DNA from: Halalkalibacterium halodurans | GTDB taxonomy: Bacteria > Bacillota > Bacilli > Bacillales > Bacillaceae_D | Length of the DNA stretch: 32,000 bases | Reading direction: 5' to 3' | NCBI RefSeq assembly: GCF_004376175.1 | Contig: NZ_SNUY01000006.1 | Span: forward strand, 60,001-92,000 | Part shown: piece after piece, positions 25,852 to 32,000 of the stretch | Position numbering within the stretch: position 1 is the first letter of the stretch | Layout of the letters: every line of letters starts with the position of its first letter | Translations under genes and position numbers: made by a program | The notes under the pieces: model-generated | Seen by the model: only the letters and a program-made list of their open reading frames with translations | The model's database searches: none | What the model was told of the DNA's origin: nothing

Positions 25852-27675
25852 AAGAGGGGCTGTCTCAAAAGCCCTTAAAAAGAAAAGCCTGAAGTGACAT
25901 TTATAAGTCGCTTCAGGCTTTTTGTCTCCGATGATCGGTTTATCTCTTCCTGAAACAGGCGGATGGTCTTCGCCTGTTTCAGGAAGTTGTGGGCGATTGC
26001 GATCAGCCCAAACTCAATGTTCACCTTGTCAAGGCCACGAAGGTGAAAACGACGGAACGACCGATTGCCCTTGATATGACCGAACACGCTTTCGACCTCT
26101 GTTTTCCGTTTTCGATAGGTCTTTGCGCCTTCTTCCGTATCAAGGGCTCGTTTCATTTTTGATTTTCCTTCTTCATATACCGGATTATAGTGAATCTGGC
26201 GATTGCCTTTCGCTTTTGTACAATCCGTCTTGAATGGACACCCGGTACAGTCTTCACATTCATATATTTTGAAGTCTCGTTCGTATCCGTAGGCATCCGT
26301 TCGTTTGCGGTAGTATCGAAAAGTCACTCTCCGGTTATTTGGGCATATATAGGTATCATCATGTTCCAAATACGTCCAGTTCTGTACCTTCCATGGGTCG
26401 TTCCGATAGACCCGGCTTTCTTCTTTTCTCATCGTATGATAAGGGATGAGGGCATCCCATTCGTTTTCAGCGATATATAAATAGTTGGGCTCACTTCCAT
26501 AACCAGCGTCTGCGATTAGCTTCTTTGGAAAGGGAAGTTGGCGTTCTTCAAGCATACGAAGGTGTGGAATCAAACAACGAGTATCTGTTGGGCGTTGATG
26601 AATGGAATAACCGACAATGAATTGATTTTCGGTCCCTGCCTGTACATTATATCCGGGTTTCAGTTGACCGTTTTTCATATGATCTTCCTTCATACGCATA
26701 AATGTGGCATCTCGATCGGTTTTGGAGAAACTATTTCGATCACCGAATGTCGCTAATTGATTTTCGTATCTTTCTAAGCGTGGCAGATAGTCTGTGTTTA
26801 ACTTCTTATGTAATTGGCGCCAGTGACGAGCTTCCGCTTTTTTCTCTTTTTTCAGAACCGGATCTTGTTCGTCATGAAGGGCTTGTTCCGCTTGATTCGC
26901 CTGTTTTTCCACTTGAGTGACAGCTTCACGTAACTGTTCAGAAGTCACACGCTTGTTTTCCCCTTGATCATTCTCTACCTGCTGGTTATCGGAATCAATC
27001 GTCTCTTCAATGTGGGCGAATAATTCTTCGAGCTTGTCCTGTAGCCGCTCCTTATACTTCTGGACGGACTTTTTCCAAACAAACGTATATCGATTGGCAT
27101 TCGCCTCGATTTTGGTTCCATCGAGAAAGTAGTTGTCCATGGTGATGTAGTTTTGGTCGAGCAGTAACTGAATGAGGGACGTAAACAATGGCTCAATGAT
27201 GTCTTTCATTCGTTCCGAGCGAAAACGATTAATGGTGCGGAAATCTGGTGTTTGACGAGCGGCCAACCACATCATCGGAAGATGTTCACGCAGGGACTTG
27301 GCAATGTCGCGACACGAATATAATTTTTGCGTGTAGGCATACAAAATGATTTTCGTCATCATCTTTGGGTGGTAGGCACTCCGGCCGCCACCTTTATATG
27401 GGGCGTAGAAGAGATCTTCATCCACCATTTCCACCATGTCATTCACCACACGCGCCACATGGTCTTCGGGGATGAGATCGCTAAAATCCATTGGAAGGAC
27501 TAATTGGTCCATGTTATAATGAATGAAAGTAGCTATAGAGTTACTCAAAAGAATCGCCTCCGTTTTCTTATTTTGTTTGTGTGGGTACTTACATTATAAC
27601 GAACGGGGCGATTTTTTTGTATTCAAAAGGGCTGCCCATAAGTCAATCATTTTGACTTATGGGACAGCCCCTTAC
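25852..27675 (-). mobile_element. IS1182-family insertion sequence, copy 1 (~1.82 kb)
   Basis: The terminal inverted repeats are AAGAGGGGCTGTCTCAAAAG (25852-25871) and the reverse complement of 27656-27675 (GTAAGGGGCTGTCCCATAAG). They match at 15/20 positions, with a 15/17 core. A single long transposase ORF lies inside. Confidence 0.75.
25875..27548 (-). CDS. IS1182-family DDE transposase (557 aa)
   Basis: Shared features with the 559-aa ORF at 30074-31753 are the N-terminal LVLPMD...EDHVARVV region, the FLDGTKIEANAN and LIADAGYGSE acidic motifs, and the Cys-rich YECEDCTGCPFKTDCTKAKG segment. The length and architecture are typical of IS1182-type transposases as I recall them. Confidence 0.88.
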   Translation of the reverse strand: MSNSIATFIHYNMDQLVLPMDFSDLIPEDHVARVVNDMVEMVDEDLFYAPYKGGGRSAYHPKMMTKIILYAYTQKLYSCRDIAKSLREHLPMMWLAARQTPDFRTINRFRSERMKDIIEPLFTSLIQLLLDQNYITMDNYFLDGTKIEANANRYTFVWKKSVQKYKERLQDKLEELFAHIEETIDSDNQQVENDQGENKRVTSEQLREAVTQVEKQANQAEQALHDEQDPVLKKEKKAEARHWRQLHKKLNTDYLPRLERYENQLATFGDRNSFSKTDRDATFMRMKEDHMKNGQLKPGYNVQAGTENQFIVGYSIHQRPTDTRCLIPHLRMLEERQLPFPKKLIADAGYGSEPNYLYIAENEWDALIPYHTMRKEESRVYRNDPWKVQNWTYLEHDDTYICPNNRRVTFRYYRKRTDAYGYERDFKIYECEDCTGCPFKTDCTKAKGNRQIHYNPVYEEGKSKMKRALDTEEGAKTYRKRKTEVESVFGHIKGNRSFRRFHLRGLDKVNIEFGLIAIAHNFLKQAKTIRLFQEEINRSSETKSLKRLINVTSGFSF

Positions 27676-27700
27676 GTAAAAGAGGCTGGGACAAAACTAG

Positions 27701-27705
27701 CCAAA
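27701..27705. repeat. Target-site duplication CCAAA, left copy, flanking the IS21-family element
   Basis: CCAAA lies immediately before the TGT... terminus at 27706. An identical CCAAA lies at 30099-30103, immediately after the ...ACA terminus. Confidence 0.85.
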
Positions 27706-27843
27706 TGTTTAGTGCAAAATAAAAGTTAAGAGTATTGCAACCAAAATGTTAGAAGGTTGCACAAATAGAAAAGGCTTGCCAGCCCTCTCAAAATACCCTA
27801 CCGTTATTGGTGTCTAATCAACTAATGGTGGGAGGATGAAAGG

Positions 27844-29307
27844 ATGCTAGCAATGCCTGAAATCAATCATATCAAAAAGTTAAGGAATATAAAATCCCTA
27901 TCGATCAATGAAATCTCCAAACGTACTGGTTTTAGTTGGGTAACAGTTAAAAAATATGCGGATGATGATCAATTACCTACAGAAAAGATTCTTGAGAAAA
28001 AAGGCATGATGTATGAAGAAAAGTGGGGAGAAATTGTAATTGACTGGCTCGTTGAAGATTATGCCCTCAAAAAGAAATCGAGAAGAAACAATAAAAATAT
28101 ATTTGAAGGGTTACAGAAATTAGGGTTTACCGGTTCTTATCGAACCGTTTGTAACTTCATTAAAGAAGAATGGAAAGAAAAAGTATTAGATGAATCGGAT
28201 GAATTGAAAGAGGAATATGAAAGGCTAACCCATCCTCCCGCCGAAGCCCAAATAGATTTTGGCATTACCGAGGCAATTGAAGATGGACAAGCAAAGGACA
28301 TCCATGCACTAGTGATGAGTTTTCCATATAGTAACGCAGGTTTTACCGTTCCTCTGCCTGCAGAAAACCAGGAGTGCTTTTTAGAAGGTCTTAAAATACT
28401 CTTTAAACAATCGGGATTCGTTCCAAGGAAACTTCGGTTAGATAACCTTTCAGCAGCAGTAGTAAAGGCAAGGGGGCGTGGGGAAGAAACTGTTTTCAAT
28501 GAAGAGTTTCTTCGCTTTGCCAGCCATTATGGATTTGAGCCGCAAGCCTGTAATGCAAGAAAAGGAAATGAAAAAGGACATGTCGAAAACAAAGTGGGAT
28601 ATGTACGTTATAACTTTTTCACTCCTTCTCCTGTGATCAAAGATTTAACACACTTACGTGCTTTGTTATTTGACCAGAGTAAAAGGGATCAACAACGCCT
28701 CCATTATAAGAAGGATATCTTAATTGCAGATCTGTTTGAAGAGGAAAAGAATTATGGACTAGCTTTACCTGAGTCCGAGTATCCGGTATTTAAGCAATCA
28801 ATGGTAACCGCTAATAAATATGGTGAAGTAAAGGTTGATGGAGTGCTGGTCCATGTGCCTACAAGTTACCATTACGGTAAACTGCATTTGATTTTATATT
28901 GGGATCACTATAAAGTCGTCACCCGCAACGGTGAAGTGCTCTCCAAAGGACCTAGACGGTATATGAATCAAACAAGGGAAATTCCGTGGCAATCCATCTT
29001 AAAAAATTGGAAACAGAAGCCACGATCCATTGTATATTCTCGGTATTTCCCCTACCTGCCCGGCAGAATTTCTTATTACTTAAACATTGAATCAATGAAA
29101 TTAAGAAAAGAACGTGTAGAGTGGTTACTAAGCTTAATTGTAAATCATGATATGCAAGAAATAGACGAACGCTTCTATGAGTTACTACCAGAAGAAAAAC
29201 AGTTTGATGCGAGTCTGGATGATTCTACGAACCATCCTTATGATGTAAATTGGAGTATTTATGACTCCCTCCAGCCTACCGTTAAGGAGGGTGTATATCA
29301 TGACTGA
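27844..29307 (+). CDS. istA: IS21-family transposase IstA (487 aa)
   Basis: The product has an N-terminal HTH (LSINEISKRTGFSWVTVKKY) and a DDE core (AQIDFG..., LRLDNLSAAV, ...GNEKGHVENKVGYVRYNFF). It is followed by an overlapping istB. Confidence 0.9.
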   Translation: MLAMPEINHIKKLRNIKSLSINEISKRTGFSWVTVKKYADDDQLPTEKILEKKGMMYEEKWGEIVIDWLVEDYALKKKSRRNNKNIFEGLQKLGFTGSYRTVCNFIKEEWKEKVLDESDELKEEYERLTHPPAEAQIDFGITEAIEDGQAKDIHALVMSFPYSNAGFTVPLPAENQECFLEGLKILFKQSGFVPRKLRLDNLSAAVVKARGRGEETVFNEEFLRFASHYGFEPQACNARKGNEKGHVENKVGYVRYNFFTPSPVIKDLTHLRALLFDQSKRDQQRLHYKKDILIADLFEEEKNYGLALPESEYPVFKQSMVTANKYGEVKVDGVLVHVPTSYHYGKLHLILYWDHYKVVTRNGEVLSKGPRRYMNQTREIPWQSILKNWKQKPRSIVYSRYFPYLPGRISYYLNIESMKLRKERVEWLLSLIVNHDMQEIDERFYELLPEEKQFDASLDDSTNHPYDVNWSIYDSLQPTVKEGVYHD

Positions 29308-30022
29308 TGCGATTAGAGAGAAATGTAAATTGCTTCGTTTAGCATATGTAGCCGACATGTACGAGAAGGTTCCTTTCGAGAATCCAGAACAATACTTGAT
29401 AGATTTACTACAACAAGAAATAGAGTTAAGGGAAATAGCAAAAGGAGAACGCCTAATTAAAAAGGCAAAATTCATGAATGAAAAGGAACTAGATGATTAT
29501 CGTTGGGGCGAACATATTCATTTCCCAACAAATCTCGACAGAGATGGTCTGGAGTCCCTTTCATTTATCAAGAGAAAAGAGAATGTCATTCTATCCGGAG
29601 CGCCAGGAACTGGGAAATCCCATTTGGCAACAGCATTGGGTCGTAAGGCTTGTAGAAACGGATATGAGGTCCGTTTCTACCGGGTAGCTGATTTAATAGA
29701 CCTTTTGGAAAAGTCCTGGGCAGAAGGCCGATATCAACTATTACGTAACCGATTCAATAAAGTCGATATGATCATTCTTGATGAGATGGGATACGTGCCA
29801 TTTAGTAAGGATGGAGCTGAGTTATTATTTCAATTGATTTCCGATTGGTATGAACAGAAAAGCCTTATTATTACGTCCAATTTAGAATTTAGTCAGTGGA
29901 ATAAAATATTTGTGGATGCACGGCTCACCGCTGCCTTGGTGGATCGAGTGATACATCACGCACATATTTTAAGTTTTACTGGCGATAGTTACCGTGTGAA
30001 ACATGCATTATCGAATCGCTAA
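29300..30022 (+). CDS. istB: IS21-family helper ATPase IstB
   Basis: The product has Walker A (GAPGTGKSHLATALG), Walker B (MIILDEMGY) and the ending LVDRVIHHAHILSFTGDSYR. I prefer the ATG at 29300 (AAGGAGGG SD), which overlaps the istA stop as ATGACTGA. The track ORF starts at 29261. Confidence 0.9.
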   Translation: MTDAIREKCKLLRLAYVADMYEKVPFENPEQYLIDLLQQEIELREIAKGERLIKKAKFMNEKELDDYRWGEHIHFPTNLDRDGLESLSFIKRKENVILSGAPGTGKSHLATALGRKACRNGYEVRFYRVADLIDLLEKSWAEGRYQLLRNRFNKVDMIILDEMGYVPFSKDGAELLFQLISDWYEQKSLIITSNLEFSQWNKIFVDARLTAALVDRVIHHAHILSFTGDSYRVKHALSNR

Positions 30023-30073
30023 TTAGAAAGAAAGTAAGGGCTGGCAAAGTTCTAAACTTTTCATTGCATTCTT

Positions 30074-31753
30074 CTAAACTTTTTGCTTGCAAAATACACC
30101 AAAAATAGTAAGTAAAAAGGTTCCAAGCAAATAATAAGTGCTTGGAACCTTTTTTGTGGAGTTTTTCTTATTTCCTGGCCCTATGTCACCGTTCGTGGCC
30201 GTGTACTTTCTCAAGTTCACGGCCATAAATGCAAACCCCAATTCATTTTTCACTTTATCTTTGCCTCTGACGGACATTCGAGTGAAACCCAAATTAGCCT
30301 TCAGAAAACCGAACACTGGTTCTACTTCAACTTTTCGTTTCCTGTAAATTTCACCAGTTTTCTCGTCTGAAAGCTTCATACGTATATTTTCTTTTTGAGA
30401 TTCCCACTTTTCATTAATGTAGACTTTTCGATTGTTGCCTTCTTTTGCTTTCGTGCACAGTTCGCGGAATGGACAGCCTGAACAATCTTCACATTCGTAC
30501 ACTTTAAATTCCCGTGTGAATCCGTACCTGTCTGTTCGTTTGGACTGATGGCTAAACCATACTTTTTGACCATTTGGACATCGGAAAGCGTCCTCTTCCT
30601 CATTATAATCCCAATTGTCTACATGAAAAGCATTGTCTTTGTGTTTCCTTTTCTTTTCCTTTCGATACTGATTGTATGTAATAAGTGGCGTTCGATTTCG
30701 ATTCTCAATGATTTCTTCATAGTTCTGTTCGCTTCCGTATCCTGCATCTGCAACGATATATTCTGGTAATTCGAAGAAATCTTCTATCGTTTGAAGAAAT
30801 GGAATCAAGGTGCGTGTATCTGTTGGATTTGGAAAAACATCGTAAGCGAGTGCGTATTGACCTTCTGTCGCAAGTTGTACATTATAACCAGCTTTCAATT
30901 GACCGTTCTTCATGTAATCGTCCTTCATCCGCATAAACGTCGCATCAGGATCAGTTTTTGAATAGCTATTGCGTTCGCCGAAAGTCTCCATATCTTTTTG
31001 ATACTTTTGTTTACGAGCAATGAAATCCATGAACTGCTTACGAGCTTGTTTTGGTGCTTTACGTTCAGCGCGAATGTTCTTCCGTTCACTGCCGACCTCA
31101 CAAGCTTCAATTTTTTTATCATATTCGCTGACTGTTTCGTCTAACTTTTTGACCACTTCTTCCATTTCTTTAACGGTTAGTTCTTCTTTACTTTCTCGTT
31201 CTATCGCTGGGATAATTTCCTTTTCCAATAATTCATCATACAGTTGGTTGGACTTTTCTATTAATTTTTCACTATATTGTTCGACGGATTTTCTCCATAC
31301 AAAGGTAAATTTGTTTGCGTTCGCTTCAATCTTCGTACCATCAATAAAAATTGCTTCTTCTTCAATCAACTCCTTTTCCACGAGTTGATTACGGAATTGG
31401 ACAAAACATTCGCGCAGTAATTTTTCAATAAGTGGATTGGAACGGAAACGATTAATCGTCCGATAGCTCGGCTCATTTCCTTGGGCTAACCACATCATCC
31501 GAATACTGTCTTGGAGCAACGCTTCTATCTTACGACCAGAAAACACAGATTGTGTATACCCACACAAAATAACTTTTAACATCATACGAGGATGATAGGC
31601 AGGACGTCCAGTTTGGCGTAAGAAATCTTTGAATGCTTCCTCTGGTATGCTCTCTACAAGGTCATTAATCGCAAAAGCAATATCATTTTCTTGTAATTTT
31701 ATTTCTAAATCTAGCGGCAAAACAATTTGATTCATGGTATACTGTTTAAACAT
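30074..31753 (-). CDS. IS1182-family DDE transposase, copy 2 (559 aa; the last 7 codons and the stop come from IS21 sequence)
   Basis: This is a paralogue of the 25875-27548 ORF, with MNQIVLPLD, FIDGTKIEANAN, IVADAGYGSE and YECEDCSGCPFRELCTKAKEG. The reading frame crosses the IS21 junction at 30098/30099. Confidence 0.88.
   Translation of the reverse strand: MFKQYTMNQIVLPLDLEIKLQENDIAFAINDLVESIPEEAFKDFLRQTGRPAYHPRMMLKVILCGYTQSVFSGRKIEALLQDSIRMMWLAQGNEPSYRTINRFRSNPLIEKLLRECFVQFRNQLVEKELIEEEAIFIDGTKIEANANKFTFVWRKSVEQYSEKLIEKSNQLYDELLEKEIIPAIERESKEELTVKEMEEVVKKLDETVSEYDKKIEACEVGSERKNIRAERKAPKQARKQFMDFIARKQKYQKDMETFGERNSYSKTDPDATFMRMKDDYMKNGQLKAGYNVQLATEGQYALAYDVFPNPTDTRTLIPFLQTIEDFFELPEYIVADAGYGSEQNYEEIIENRNRTPLITYNQYRKEKKRKHKDNAFHVDNWDYNEEEDAFRCPNGQKVWFSHQSKRTDRYGFTREFKVYECEDCSGCPFRELCTKAKEGNNRKVYINEKWESQKENIRMKLSDEKTGEIYRKRKVEVEPVFGFLKANLGFTRMSVRGKDKVKNELGFAFMAVNLRKYTATNGDIGPGNKKNSTKKVPSTYYLLGTFLLTIFGVFCKQKV
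30099..30103. repeat. Target-site duplication CCAAA, right copy, flanking the IS21-family element
   Basis: See the feature at 27701-27705. Confidence 0.85.
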
Positions 31754-31927
31754 AAGGACACCTCCAAAAATTATTGTTTAGTCACTTTAATTTTATCAAA
31801 AGGTGTCCTTTTGGTTTACACAAAATACGAATAAAAAGGCGTGAAGCCTACACTTTTTAGTGTAAGCTCCTACGCCTTATTTTTTTATTTCCTGGGGTTT
31901 TGTCCCAGCCCCTTTTTTACAAAAGTT

Positions 31928-32000
31928 TTAGCTAGCTTTAATTTTCTCTAACTCAACTAAAAATTTATCATTCAACACTTTAATGTAGGTCCCTTTCATC
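31928..32000 (-). CDS. codY: Global regulator CodY, C-terminal ~23 codons; the gene starts beyond the window end
   Basis: The minus-strand frame reads ...[23 protein letters not shown]. This closely resembles the B. subtilis CodY C-terminus as I recall it (...[24 protein letters not shown]). In B. subtilis codY lies immediately upstream of flgB. Confidence 0.8.
   Translation of the reverse strand, partial: [23 protein letters not shown]

Larger units (their letters stand above)
27706..30098 (+). mobile_element. IS21-family insertion sequence (2393 bp, istA + istB)
   Basis: The termini are TGTTTAGTGCAAAATAAAAG (27706-27725) and the reverse complement of 30079-30098 (TGTATTTTGCAAGCAAAAAG), matching at 14/20 with TG..CA ends. 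An inner perfect 11-bp inverted match is TTGCCAGCCCT (27776-27786 versus 30037-30047). Both ends carry reiterated GTTTAG/GTTAAG..TGCAA subterminal repeats. A 5-bp duplication flanks the element. Confidence 0.88.
27678..31916 (-). mobile_element. IS1182-family insertion sequence, copy 2, interrupted by an IS21-family element (4.24-kb composite; ~1.84 kb without the insert)
   Basis: The terminal inverted repeats are AAAAGAGGCTGGGACAAAAC (27678-27697) and the reverse complement of 31897-31916 (AAAAGGGGCTGGGACAAAAC), matching at 19/20. The left repeat is separated from the transposase gene by the 2393-bp IS21 element. Confidence 0.78.

Noticed and set aside
27523-27729. A 68-aa plus-strand ORF spanning the junction of the two IS1182 copies
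   Set aside because: It is composed of the IS terminal repeats and hairpin sequence, has no SD, and crosses element boundaries. It is an artefact of the juxtaposition.
26190-31388. Short ORFs opposite or inside the IS transposase genes. Examples are 26190-26480, 26538-26920, 26975-27196, 28137-28499, 29185-29475, 30138-30347, 30376-30603 and 31020-31388.
   Set aside because: They overlap the long, family-recognisable transposase frames and have no independent signals. They are most likely shadow ORFs.
1-32000. A search for CRISPR arrays, tRNA or rRNA genes, tandem repeats, or a defence or toxin-antitoxin-like gene cluster
   Set aside because: I saw no periodic direct repeats, no cloverleaf-like or rRNA-like segments, and no unexplained multi-gene block. 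Everything outside the flagellar genes is accounted for by IS elements and one 585-nt regulatory region.

Overview
About 25 kb of this window (1..25266) is a Bacillus-type fla/che flagellar and chemotaxis operon, all on the minus strand. Read 5'->3' on that strand, the order is flgB-flgC-fliE-fliF-fliG-fliH-fliI-fliJ-ylxF-fliK-flgD-orf132-flgE-flbD-fliL-fliM-fliY-cheY-fliZ(fliO)-fliP-fliQ-fliR-flhB-flhA-[IS]-flhF-flhG-cheB-cheC-cheD-orf107-sigD. The sigD gene runs off the left edge. The 3' end of codY sits at the right edge, which matches the codY-flgB neighbourhood of B. subtilis. Every flagellar ORF looks intact, and most are tightly packed or overlapping, which suggests translational coupling. 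Four insertion sequences break the locus. (1) An IS4-family element lies antisense between flhA and flhF, inside the operon. (2-4) A 6.07-kb IS nest lies between codY and the flgB upstream region. It consists of an IS1182-family copy (about 25852..27675) abutting a second, divergent IS1182-family copy (about 27678..31916). That second copy is split 8 nt inside its terminal inverted repeat by an IS21-family element (27706..30098, istA/istB), which is flanked by a perfect 5-bp CCAAA target duplication. Other departures from the B. subtilis template are the absence of cheA-cheW between cheB and cheC (a clean 27-nt junction), a 107-aa membrane ORF coupled to cheD just upstream of sigD, and a 132-aa conserved-unknown ORF between flgD and flgE. 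I also see candidate overlapping sigma-D and sigma-A promoters about 290 nt upstream of flgB. I found no rRNA, tRNA or CRISPR array, and no convincing novel multi-gene system such as a defence island. The most unusual content is the IS architecture and the two small uncharacterised operon members. All homology statements come from my recognition of motifs and recalled family sequences, not from database searches.
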